The translations under genes and the position numbers were made by a program. The notes under the pieces were generated by a model. The model saw nothing but the letters and a program-made list of their open reading frames with translations, was not told the origin of the DNA and searched no databases. From an uncultured Chloroflexia bacterium (lineage in GTDB: Bacteria > Chloroflexota > Limnocylindria > Limnocylindrales > CSP1-4), in contig CAVXPZ010000001.1 of the NCBI GenBank assembly GCA_963763775.1, forward strand, positions 352,001-416,000: 64,000 nt of DNA. Reading direction: 5' to 3'. Positions 31,035 through 39,612 of the stretch are shown here, piece by piece; within the stretch, counting starts at the first letter, position 1, and the number at the start of each line of letters is the position of its first letter.

Positions 31035-31138
31035 GGGAGGCGACGCCATCGGCGGACGGCTCGGCGTTGACCCTCGGGCGGTCGCTCGTGGTATCCTCCG
31101 CTGCGCCGACGGACAGTCGCAGGCTGGTTGGCCATCGG

Positions 31139-31214
31139 GCCGAGATAGCTCAGTTGGTAGAGCACGCGACTGAAAATCGCGGTGTCGCCAGTTCGAATCT
31201 GGCTCTCGGCACCA
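31139..31214 (+). tRNA. tRNA-Phe(GAA)
   Basis: GCCGAGA/TCTCGGC, CGCGA-CTGAAAA-TCGCG, CCA. Confidence 0.95.
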
Positions 31215-31239
31215 TCACTCCGGTGATCGGGCAATACGG

Positions 31240-31315
31240 GCGGAAGTGGCTCAGTTGGTAGAGCATCACCTTGCCAAGGTGAGGGTCGCGGGTTCGAGTC
31301 CCGTCTTCCGCTCCA
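31240..31315 (+). tRNA. tRNA-Gly(GCC)
   Basis: GCGGAAG/CTTCCGC, CACC-TTGCCAA-GGTG, TCCA end. Confidence 0.95.
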
Positions 31316-31335
31316 TTCCTTCCCCTGCGGACCGC

Positions 31336-31409
31336 TGCCCCTTCGTCTAGTGGTAGGACAGCGGACTTTGGATCCGTGAACCGAGGTTCGAATCCTCGAG
31401 GGGCAGCCA
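31336..31409 (+). tRNA. tRNA-Gln(TTG)
   Basis: TGCCCCT/AGGGGCA, GCGGA-CTTTGGA-TCCGT, GCCA end. Confidence 0.93.
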
Positions 31410-31443
31410 ACATCCGGTCGGGGTCGGGCCCCGAACCGACATC

Positions 31444-31520
31444 GGCGACGTGGTGAAGTGGCTCAACACGGAGGTCTGCAAAACCTCTATTCACCGGTTC
31501 GAATCCGGTCGTCGCCTCCA
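31444..31520 (+). tRNA. tRNA-Cys(GCA)
   Basis: GGCGACG/CGTCGCC, GAGGT-CTGCAAA-ACCTC, TCCA end. Confidence 0.95.
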
Positions 31521-31535
31521 AGACCTGCCATGAAC

Positions 31536-31566
31536 GAAGCCCGCTGATCGCTCAGCGGGCTTCTTG
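31536..31566. terminator. Intrinsic terminator-like hairpin after the tRNA operon, possibly bidirectional
   Basis: GAAGCCCGCTGA-TCGC-TCAGCGGGCTTC followed by TT. Confidence 0.7.
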
Positions 31567-31780
31567 ATGCCAAGAGGCAATTCAGGGGACCTGCGGGGGC
31601 AAGTCCCCTGACGCCGCGTCCGCACTCGGCCGAGGCCGGGCGAGGTTGCCGAAGGCGACGTCAGCTGGGCCATAGGGGATGGTTGGCACGACGTCGTCCC
31701 CGTATGTAATGACGTCGGCGAGGGGTCGAATTGTTCAATCTTCGTCCCGCGGCGAACGCCACCGGCTACGCTGGTGCGGC

Positions 31781-31867
31781 GCCGGAGTGGCGGAACGGCA
31801 GACGCAGCGGACTTAAACTCCGCGGCCCGCAAGGGCGTCCGAGTTCGAAATCTCGGCTCCGGCACCA
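31781..31867 (+). tRNA. tRNA-Leu(TAA)
   Basis: GCCGGAG/CTCCGGC, GCGGA-CTTAAAC-TCCGC, variable arm GCCC-GCAA-GGGC, CCA; T-loop has one extra A (likely a sequencing error). Confidence 0.92.
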
Positions 31868-31905
31868 CCACAAGCGCCCGGCGTCGTCCGTTCATCGGCC
31901 CCTGG

Positions 31906-32979
31906 TCATCTGTCGTGGAGCGCCGCGACCCCGGCTGACGGGACGATCGCGACCAGACCGGGCGAGGCGCTGACGGCGACCGTCTTGGCTCGCCGACCGT
32001 ACGCACGCCCCCGGTGCAGCACCGGCGCCTCGAGAAGGCGGAACGACAGCTCGCCAGCGACGATCGTCATCAACGGCGCGATCGCCCAAACGGACCCGAA
32101 CAGGACCGTCATGGGCCAGTTCCAGAGGTAGAGGCTGTACGCGCGGAGGCCGACCGGCGCGAGGCGGCCGAGTGGTGTGAGCTCGCCGCCGATGACGGCC
32201 ACGGTCGCGATCATCGCGACGGGGATGGCGACGTCATGGACCGCGGATAGCGCGAACGCGACGACGAGAAGCGCCAGGACACCCGCAGCCGCGATCCACG
32301 ACGGCCACCTCGGCCGCACCATGGCGACCACGCACCCGAGCAGGATGGCGTCGGCCCTCGTGATCGTCGAGAAGTACTCGAACGACCCGCTCGCGACGAG
32401 CCTGACCGCGGATGCGGCGAGGATCGCGACGATGGCGACGATCAATACGCGACCGCGAAGCAGGATCAGCAGCGCGGGCCAGACAAGGTAGAACTGCTCC
32501 TCGATGGCGAGCGACCACGCATGGGCCAGCGGCTGGAAGCTGATCCCGGCCACGTCGGCCCAGTTCGTCACGTACGCCAGGCACGACAGCACGCCGACCT
32601 GCCAGGCCGACGTTCCCCAGCCGATCGTCAACCCGTATGCGACGACGAACGCGAGGAGGCCGAGCAGGGCCGGCGCCAGCCGCTCGATGCGGCGACGGTA
32701 GAAGGCCGTGACGTCGATGCGGCCGTGGTTCGCCCGTTGGGCCAGGAGCACGTTCGTGATGAGATAACCCGAAAGGACGAAGAAGGCCGTGACCCCTGCG
32801 TCCCCGCCGTTGTTGACCCAGGGCCATCGCGCGTGCGTCAGGATGACCAGCCCGATGGCGATCGCGCGCAGTCCGTCCAGGTCAGCGCGGTACCTGGTCG
32901 CGGCATCGGCCGAGGTCGGATGGCCGCGATCGGAGGTCGCCGGTTCCGGCGTCGTCCGGGTCAGTCGGTCGATCGGCAC
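31906..32979 (-). CDS. Acyltransferase-3 (OafA/OatA-type) membrane O-acyltransferase
   Basis: YRADLDGLRAIA, GVTAFFVLSGYLIT, FYRRRIERL, HAWSLAIEEQFYLVWP, YSLYLW. Confidence 0.9.
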   Translation of the reverse strand: MPIDRLTRTTPEPATSDRGHPTSADAATRYRADLDGLRAIAIGLVILTHARWPWVNNGGDAGVTAFFVLSGYLITNVLLAQRANHGRIDVTAFYRRRIERLAPALLGLLAFVVAYGLTIGWGTSAWQVGVLSCLAYVTNWADVAGISFQPLAHAWSLAIEEQFYLVWPALLILLRGRVLIVAIVAILAASAVRLVASGSFEYFSTITRADAILLGCVVAMVRPRWPSWIAAAGVLALLVVAFALSAVHDVAIPVAMIATVAVIGGELTPLGRLAPVGLRAYSLYLWNWPMTVLFGSVWAIAPLMTIVAGELSFRLLEAPVLHRGRAYGRRAKTVAVSASPGLVAIVPSAGVAALHDR

Positions 32980-33198
32980 CTGGGATCCCTGGGCGTTTCG
33001 GCAACCGAGTCACGCAGGGTACTGCCCCGGAAGTCCCGGTGGGAAGAGCCCCCGCAACCGTCGGTGCGTCTCGTCACCTCCATCGGCCGTCGACGCGGCA
33101 CTCGGGCCGGTCGGGGCGCGTCGCGAGGGACCATCGGCCTATCGACCTCGACGCGGTCATCGTGGACGCTACGGACCCCACCACCGCGAGGGCCACCG

Positions 33199-33543
33199 AT
33201 GACCACACTGACCGCCCTGTCCGATACGCGCCAGCCGCGCGCGCTCGTGACGATCGTCCCGGACGCCTCTCGTCGCGGCCGGATCACGGCCGCCGGCTTC
33301 GGGGCACTGACCTACTTCGGGCTGTCGACCGCCTTCGCGCTCGTCCTGTCGGGGTCCGCCCTGACGATCGCGCAGGTCGTGGCCCTGGGCGTGGCCGTCC
33401 TCGCCGGAACGAAGATGGTCGGCGCGACGGACCGGCGCTCGTGGCTCATCGCCGCGGGATCGGTCGTCGGGGCGATCGCGATCGTCGGTGTCGCGGCCTT
33501 CACGGTCATCGCGATCGCGATCTGGGGACCGCTCGCGCCCTGA
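33199..33543 (+). CDS. Small hypothetical membrane protein (about 3 TM)
   Basis: ATG after GAGGG; MTTLTALSD... followed by three hydrophobic segments. Confidence 0.55.
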   Translation: MTTLTALSDTRQPRALVTIVPDASRRGRITAAGFGALTYFGLSTAFALVLSGSALTIAQVVALGVAVLAGTKMVGATDRRSWLIAAGSVVGAIAIVGVAAFTVIAIAIWGPLAP

Positions 33544-33598
33544 CCGACCGGGCCGGCATGTCGCCTCGGAACGAGCCGCGCCACTCGCTGCCTGACGG

Positions 33599-34819
33599 TC
33601 AGCTCCGCCGGAACCCGAACCGGCCGGCCTTCTTCTGCTCCTCGGCCGCGGGGACGGCGAAGGCATCCTCGCCGAAGGCCGACTGGCTCAACTTGATCAG
33701 CCGCTCGGCGACGAGCGTGCGCGGCGCGCCGAGCACGACCGGATCACCCTCGTTGACCGCCTTGAGGTAGACGAACGCGTCGTACGGCAGCTCGATCGTG
33801 ATCTTCGAGCCGAGCGCGCTCTCGACATCGCGCTCCTTGAGGATGTCCTTCGCGAACATGTGGTTGAGCACGAACGTCGACTTCAGGCCGACGGTGCCCG
33901 TGTCGTTGAAGAAGTCCAGCAGGTTGTGGACGGCCCGAAGCGCGGCGATCTCCGGGTAGACCGGCAGCACCACGGACTCGGCGGACTCGAGCACGGTCAT
34001 CGAACGCTCATCGACCACCGAGCCGGCATCGATGACGACGAATTCGTAGGCCTCCAGGAGCGTCTTGAGGAGCCGCTCGACGTGCGCGGGCTCGACGAGG
34101 GCTGCACCCTCGGGCGTTCCGGGCGCCGCGAGCACGTGGAGCCCGGAGTCGTGCCTGATCGCGAACGTCCGCAGCAGCTCCGGCTCCTTGATCGCCATCT
34201 CGTCGCGGACGACGTCGGCGATCGTGGCCTTCGGTTCGAGGTTCAGGTGGCTCGCGACGCCACCGAACTGGAGCGCCAGGTCGACGAGGATGACCCGGTC
34301 CGGCCGGCCCATCGCCTTCGCGACCGCGATGTTCGTCGCGATGGTCGTGGTCCCGACCCCGCCCTTGGGGCTGAAGACCGCCACCATGCGTCGGGCTCGT
34401 GCGACGACCAGGCCGTCGGCCGAGACGACGGGCGTCATGTCCTTCGAGCGCTGGAACCGCAGCAGCAGCGCCTCGACCCGCGCCTCGAGCTCGCGGTCGT
34501 CGAACGGCTTGGCCATGACGTCATCGGCCCCGGCCTCGAGGAAGCCGATCCGGATGTCGACCTCGTCGGTCTGGCTGATGCACATGATCGGGACGCCGGC
34601 CATCGCCGGGGTCGAGCGGATCTCCGCGCACAGGTCGACAGCGGTCTTCTCGCCGGCGACCACGTCGAGGATGACGAGCTGATAGCCCGCGACATCGGCG
34701 AAGGCCTGGTCGGCGTTCGCCGTCACCGTGACCGAGTATCCGGCGCCGGTCAGGACGGACCCGATGGCCTCGGCCGAGGCGGGATCGGCGTCGAGGAGCA
34801 AGATGGAGCTGGCGGGCAC
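33599..34819 (-). CDS. CpaE/TadZ-like protein: receiver domain plus MinD/ParA-type ATPase
   Basis: Receiver (LVILD, GADDVMAKPF) followed by deviant Walker A SPKGGVGTTT, VDLALQFG, VVIDAG. Confidence 0.85.
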   Translation of the reverse strand: MPASSILLLDADPASAEAIGSVLTGAGYSVTVTANADQAFADVAGYQLVILDVVAGEKTAVDLCAEIRSTPAMAGVPIMCISQTDEVDIRIGFLEAGADDVMAKPFDDRELEARVEALLLRFQRSKDMTPVVSADGLVVARARRMVAVFSPKGGVGTTTIATNIAVAKAMGRPDRVILVDLALQFGGVASHLNLEPKATIADVVRDEMAIKEPELLRTFAIRHDSGLHVLAAPGTPEGAALVEPAHVERLLKTLLEAYEFVVIDAGSVVDERSMTVLESAESVVLPVYPEIAALRAVHNLLDFFNDTGTVGLKSTFVLNHMFAKDILKERDVESALGSKITIELPYDAFVYLKAVNEGDPVVLGAPRTLVAERLIKLSQSAFGEDAFAVPAAEEQKKAGRFGFRRS

Positions 34820-34949
34820 GGAGCCTCCCCCTGGAGCTGGCGATCCGCGGCGGGATACGGGGCGCGCGGAGTGGATGGCATCGAGGATACATCGGCTCGC
34901 GGGAGGGCCGGGGACCGGCCGTCGCGGGGTCCCGTGCTAGACTACGGTC

Positions 34950-35007
34950 CGTTTCCTTTCCGCTCCGTGCCGGCCTGCCGTCAGCGGGGCATCCCCATTG
35001 GAAGGAG
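34950..35007 (+). promoter_or_regulatory. Candidate S6:S18 autoregulatory mRNA leader
   Basis: After TAGACT (34938-34943): TTCCTTTCC can pair with the GGAAGGAG ribosome-binding site; inner GTGCC/GGCAT stem with an unpaired CCCC run; directly upstream of rpsF. Confidence 0.55.
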
Positions 35008-35018
35008 TGCTTGCGCGC

Positions 35019-35453
35019 ATGCGCCGTTATGAACTGATGCTCGTCATCCGGCCCGATGTGGCGGACGACAAGAGCCAGGCGGTCGTCGATCGGACGACCC
35101 GCCAGATCGTGGCCGCCGGTGGCCAGATCGTGAAGGTGGCCCCGTGGGGGCGCCGGCGCCTCGCGTATCCCATCGATCGCCATCGCGAGGGCTCGTACCA
35201 GATCATCCTCTTCGAGGCTCCGGCCGACGCGATCCGCGAGCTCGAGCACAGCCTCCTCATCACCGAGGAGGTCCTCCGTCACCTCGTGACCCGCGCCGAC
35301 CGTCCGGTCAAGGCCGGCCGCGGTGGCGATGCCGACGACGACATCATCGACGAGTCGGTGCTCCCGTCCGGCGAGGACGAGGAAGACGAGGACGACGGCA
35401 CCGAGCGGATCGACGAATCCGAGAGCGAGGCGGCCCCCGCCGCCATCGATTGA
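35019..35453 (+). CDS. rpsF: 30S ribosomal protein S6 with acidic tail
   Basis: MRRYELMLVIRPD, WGRRRLAYPI, EEVLRHLV. Confidence 0.95.
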   Translation: MRRYELMLVIRPDVADDKSQAVVDRTTRQIVAAGGQIVKVAPWGRRRLAYPIDRHREGSYQIILFEAPADAIRELEHSLLITEEVLRHLVTRADRPVKAGRGGDADDDIIDESVLPSGEDEEDEDDGTERIDESESEAAPAAID

Positions 35454-35465
35454 CGGAGGCTCACG

Positions 35466-35918
35466 ATGGCGTTCTGCAAGATCATGTTCATCGGCAATCT
35501 GGGCCGCGACCCGGAGATGCGGTACATGCCCAACGGCCGGCCTGTGACCCAGTTCAGCGTCGCCGTCAGCCATAGCAAGCCGGACGGCCAGGGCGGCTGG
35601 GTGGACGAGGGCACCGACTGGTACCGCGTGAGCGTCTTCGGCGACCGCGCCGAGCGCATCGCCGAGCAGCTCCGCAAGGGCATGAAGGTCTTCGTCGAGG
35701 GCCGCCTCAAGACGAGCGAATACGTCGGCAAGGACAACGAGAAGCGGTTCTCGCTGGACGTCTCCGCCGACAACGTCATCAACCTCGCGGCGCGCGGCAG
35801 CGGCGACGACGGCGGCGGGAGCGGCAACTTCGCCGGCGCCCCGGCGGCCGTGGCCAGCGGCGGCGGGTCGACCCGTGCGCCTGCCGACGACACCGACCTC
35901 GACGACCTTCCCTTCTGA
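35466..35918 (+). CDS. ssb: Single-stranded DNA-binding protein
   Basis: IGNLGRDPEMRY, LRKGMKVFVEGRL, C-terminal DDLPF. Confidence 0.96.
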   Translation: MAFCKIMFIGNLGRDPEMRYMPNGRPVTQFSVAVSHSKPDGQGGWVDEGTDWYRVSVFGDRAERIAEQLRKGMKVFVEGRLKTSEYVGKDNEKRFSLDVSADNVINLAARGSGDDGGGSGNFAGAPAAVASGGGSTRAPADDTDLDDLPF

Positions 35919-35936
35919 TCAGGAGACCACCGAACC

Positions 35937-36203
35937 ATGCCTCCCGTCCGTTCCAAGAAGCGCGACGACTTCTACCGGGATCGCCGCCGCCGCAAGGTCT
36001 GCGCGTTCTGCGCCGACAAGACCGTCCAGATCGACTACAAGGAGGTCAACCGCCTCCGTCGATACCTCTCCGAGCGCGCCAAGATCGAGCCTCGACGCAA
36101 GACGGGCACCTGCGCGGGACACCAGCGCGAGCTGGCCGTCGCGTTGAAGCGGGCGCGACACGTCGCGCTCCTGCCGTACGCGCCGCAGCACCTCCGCCCC
36201 TAG
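35937..36203 (+). CDS. rpsR: 30S ribosomal protein S18 (Zn-binding type)
   Basis: [26 protein letters not shown]. Confidence 0.96.
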   Translation: MPPVRSKKRDDFYRDRRRRKVCAFCADKTVQIDYKEVNRLRRYLSERAKIEPRRKTGTCAGHQRELAVALKRARHVALLPYAPQHLRP

Positions 36204-36262
36204 CGTTCGGGCGTCGTTGACCGGCGGGCCGGCCGCACCCGTCCCGACTCGGGAGGAGTAGG

Positions 36263-37030
36263 GTGCTCGTCGGTCTGTTGATCGGCAGTGGAGCCGCCGC
36301 CGGTCTCTTCGGCTCGCTGCTCGGGCTGGGCGGCGGCGTCCTCATCGTCCCGCTCCTGACCCTCGGCTTCGGCCTTCCGCTCCGGGAGGCCGTGGGCGTG
36401 TCCCTGGTCGCGGTGATCATGACGAGCAGCGCGGCCGCCGGTGTCTACCTCGAGCGACACGTGGCCAACCTCCGGCTCGGCATGTCCCTGGAGTTGTTCA
36501 CCGCGACGGGGGCGCTGATCGGCGGCAGCATCGCGTTCCTGCTCAGCGAGCAGGTCGTGGAGGTCCTGTTCGCGATCCTCCTCACGTACGTGGCTCTGTC
36601 CATGCTCCGGCAACGGAACCGCGGTGGGGACGAGCCAGAGGCGACGGCTACGTCCGGATACGAGGTCCGCAACATGGGCCTGGGCGTCGTCGGCTCGACG
36701 TTCGCGGGCCTGGTCTCGGCCCTCCTCGGCGTCGGCGGCGGGATCGTCAAGGTGCCGCTGATGAACCTCGGCATGGGGGTGCCGCTGCGGGTCGCCACGG
36801 CGACGAGCAACCTGATGATCGGGATCACCGCCTCGGCGAGCGCGGTCATCTACCTGCTGCACGGCGGCATCGACCCGTACGTGGCGGGGCCGACCGCGAT
36901 CGGGGTCTTCGTGGGTGCCTCGGTCGGATCGCGGGTCGCCCCGCGCATCGACGCCCGATACCTCCGGATCCTGTTCGTCGTCGTCCTGCTCTACACCGCC
37001 ATCCAGATGTTCCTGAAGGCGATCGGGTGA
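36263..37030 (+). CDS. TauE/SafE (TSUP) family transporter
   Basis: GSLLGLGGGVLIVP and SALLGVGGGIVKVP repeats, ATATSN. Confidence 0.88.
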   Translation: MLVGLLIGSGAAAGLFGSLLGLGGGVLIVPLLTLGFGLPLREAVGVSLVAVIMTSSAAAGVYLERHVANLRLGMSLELFTATGALIGGSIAFLLSEQVVEVLFAILLTYVALSMLRQRNRGGDEPEATATSGYEVRNMGLGVVGSTFAGLVSALLGVGGGIVKVPLMNLGMGVPLRVATATSNLMIGITASASAVIYLLHGGIDPYVAGPTAIGVFVGASVGSRVAPRIDARYLRILFVVVLLYTAIQMFLKAIG

Positions 37031-37398
37031 CCCCGTCGACGACGCCCTCGCCCAGGGACATCGACCGGATCATCGGCCGACTCCTGGTGTGGCTCACGTA
37101 CGTCGCGGTGACGCTCCTCATCATCGGCGTCGTGCTCATGATCCGCGACGGGATCTCGCCGTTGGACGCCAGCCCCACGTTCGATCCGGGCACGATCGCC
37201 GCCGACGTGACGGCGCTGCGACCGGTCGGCTTCCTGTGGCTCGGCCTGCTGGCCGTCCTGGTCGCCCCGATCGCCCGGGTCGTCGTCGCCGGCGTCGGAT
37301 TCGCCCTTGACCGACAATGGGTCATGGTGCTGGTCGCGATGGGCATCCTGGCCGTCATCGCGGTGGGAGTGATCAGCGCCGCCCTTACGGAGGTTTGA
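37027..37398 (+). CDS. DUF1634-like membrane protein
   Basis: IGRLL, LGLLAVLVAPIARV; usual partner of TSUP genes; GTGA overlap. Confidence 0.7.
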   Translation: MTPSTTPSPRDIDRIIGRLLVWLTYVAVTLLIIGVVLMIRDGISPLDASPTFDPGTIAADVTALRPVGFLWLGLLAVLVAPIARVVVAGVGFALDRQWVMVLVAMGILAVIAVGVISAALTEV

Positions 37399-38451
37399 GT
37401 GGACCTGGTCGTCCTCGCGTTCGGCTTCGTCATCATCCTGTTGGGCGCCGAGTTGTTCACCAACGGGATCGAGTGGTTCGGGCGAAAGCTCGAGCTCGCC
37501 GAGGGGGCCGTCGGCTCGGTCCTCGCGGCCGTGGGGACCGCCCTCCCCGAGACGATGATCCCGATCATCGCGATCCTGTTCGCGACCGGTGAGTCCTCGA
37601 ACGAGGTCGGCGTCGGCGCGATCCTGGGGGCGCCGTTCATGCTCGCGACGCTCGCCATGTTCGTGACCGGGATCGCGGTGCTCTACCAGGCGCGCAAGCG
37701 CACGACCGGCGACCGGATGCTGGTCGACACCGCCGTCCTCGCCCACGACATGCGCTATTTCGCCATCGCCTACACCCTGGCTGTCGGTGCCGCCTTCCTG
37801 CCATTGGAGCCGGTCTGGCTGAAGTGGATCGTCGGGGTCGTGCTGATCGGCATGTATGCGTGGTACGTGAAGGGGCACTTCGAGGCCGATCCGACGGTCG
37901 ACGCCAGCGACCTCGCGCCGCTGCGCTTCCACCGCATCGACCGGCAGGCCCATCGCGCGGACCCGGCGGTGCCTCGCCTGCGGGTGGTGAACCTCCAGGT
38001 CCTCGTGGCCCTCGGGTTCATCGTCCTGGGGGCGTTCGCGTTCGTCCACGCGGTCGAGGACATCGCGACGCAATTCGGCATCGACGAGGTCCTGCTGGCC
38101 CTCGTCGTCGCGCCGATCGCGACCGAGCTGCCCGAGAAGTTCAACTCCATCATCTGGGTCCGTTCGGGCAAGGACACCCTCGCGATGGGCAACATCACGG
38201 GCGCGATGGTCTTCCAGTCGACGATCCCGACGGTCGTCGCGCTGTTCTTCGCCGCATCGACCTGGGTGGCGACCTCGGGGTCGTACGTGGCGTTCGCGTC
38301 GGCCGGGATCGCGCTGCTGTCGTCCGCGGTGATCTTCATCCCGATGGCCCGCTCGGGCCAGCTGCTCGGCCGGCGCCTGCTCGTCGGCGGGGTCTTCTAC
38401 CTCGGGTATCTGACGCTCGTCGGGCTCACCCTCGTCGGCGCGATCGGCTGA
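37399..38451 (+). CDS. Sodium:calcium (CaCA) antiporter family protein
   Basis: Alpha repeats AAVGTALPE and APIATELPE, MGNITG. Confidence 0.88.
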   Translation: MDLVVLAFGFVIILLGAELFTNGIEWFGRKLELAEGAVGSVLAAVGTALPETMIPIIAILFATGESSNEVGVGAILGAPFMLATLAMFVTGIAVLYQARKRTTGDRMLVDTAVLAHDMRYFAIAYTLAVGAAFLPLEPVWLKWIVGVVLIGMYAWYVKGHFEADPTVDASDLAPLRFHRIDRQAHRADPAVPRLRVVNLQVLVALGFIVLGAFAFVHAVEDIATQFGIDEVLLALVVAPIATELPEKFNSIIWVRSGKDTLAMGNITGAMVFQSTIPTVVALFFAASTWVATSGSYVAFASAGIALLSSAVIFIPMARSGQLLGRRLLVGGVFYLGYLTLVGLTLVGAIG

Positions 38452-38579
38452 CGGCGAGCGCCCCCGGTTCGGCTGGCCGGTCCGGCGGACGTCGCCTGAC
38501 CCGCTGATATACTCGGCCGACCGCTTCGGACCATCCTCGCGACCCTCGGGCCGCGACGCCAGCGCAGGAGCCGAGACGC

Positions 38580-39560
38580 ATGCTCACCGAGAAGTCGACG
38601 GACGCCCCCGCCACGACCCCGCACCACGCTCCCGCCCCGGGGTCGATGGACGACCTCATCTGCTACTTCGAGGGGGCGTTCGTGCCGATGCGCGACGCGA
38701 AGGTCAGCATCATGACCCACGCGTTCATGTACGGGACGGCGACGTTCGAGGGCATCCGGGCGTACTGGAACGCGGACCAGGGCCGCCTCTACGGGCTGAA
38801 GCTCCGCGAGCACGTGGAGCGGATCCGCCAGTCCTGCCGGATCCTGATGATCGACGACGTGCCCTCGGTCGACGAGCTCACGGCGCTCATCGTCGACACC
38901 GTTCGACGGAACGCGTTCCGCCAGGACGCCTACATCCGCCCGTCTTTCTACAAGTCCACCCGGGCGATCGGCGTGCGGCTCCACGACCTCGAGTCGCAGC
39001 TGTACATCATCGCGGTCCCGTTCGGGAACTACGTCGACACCGAGACCGGCTGCCGGCTCATGACGTCGTCGTGGCGCCGGAACGCCGACGAGGCCATCCC
39101 GGCCCGCGGCAAGATCGTGGGCGGCTACGTGAACATGGCGTTCCAGAAGACCGAGGCCGAGCTCAACGGCTACGACGAGGCGCTCGTCCTGACCGCGGAC
39201 GGCCACGTCAACGAGGCGTCGGCGGCGAACCTGTTCGTGATCCGCGACGGCGTCGCGATCACGCCGCCGGTCAGCGACGACCTGCTGGAAGGCGTGACCC
39301 GCAAGGCGATCCTCGAGATCCTCGCCAACGAGGGCATCCCGACCGAGGTCCGCTCGATCGACCGGTCCGAGCTGTACGTCGCCGACGAGGCGCTGCTGTG
39401 CGGCACGGGCGTCCAGATCTCCCCGGTCATCGAAGTCGACCACCGGCCGGTGGGGTCGGGCTCGGTGGGGCCGATCGGCGGCATCGTCCGCGAGCGCTAC
39501 TTCGACGCGGTCCGGGGCAAGCTCCCCGAGTACCAGCACTGGCTGACGCCGATCGAGTGA
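38580..39560 (+). CDS. ilvE: Branched-chain amino acid aminotransferase (class IV)
   Basis: YGTATFEGIRAY, catalytic K in RGKIVGGY, EASAANLF, LEGVTR, CGTG. Confidence 0.9.
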   Translation: MLTEKSTDAPATTPHHAPAPGSMDDLICYFEGAFVPMRDAKVSIMTHAFMYGTATFEGIRAYWNADQGRLYGLKLREHVERIRQSCRILMIDDVPSVDELTALIVDTVRRNAFRQDAYIRPSFYKSTRAIGVRLHDLESQLYIIAVPFGNYVDTETGCRLMTSSWRRNADEAIPARGKIVGGYVNMAFQKTEAELNGYDEALVLTADGHVNEASAANLFVIRDGVAITPPVSDDLLEGVTRKAILEILANEGIPTEVRSIDRSELYVADEALLCGTGVQISPVIEVDHRPVGSGSVGPIGGIVRERYFDAVRGKLPEYQHWLTPIE

Positions 39561-39612
39561 CGGTGGCCGGCGGGACCACACGGTCCGCGCCGCCTCGTTC
39601 GACACCCGCGGA

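Noticed and set aside
33016-33066. Cobalamin-riboswitch-like words (GGAA..CCGGTG..GCCCCCGCAACCGT)
   Set aside because: It lacks the RAATCC stem partner and the downstream GCCAG/B12-box elements, and no B12-related gene follows. An Infernal scan would settle it.
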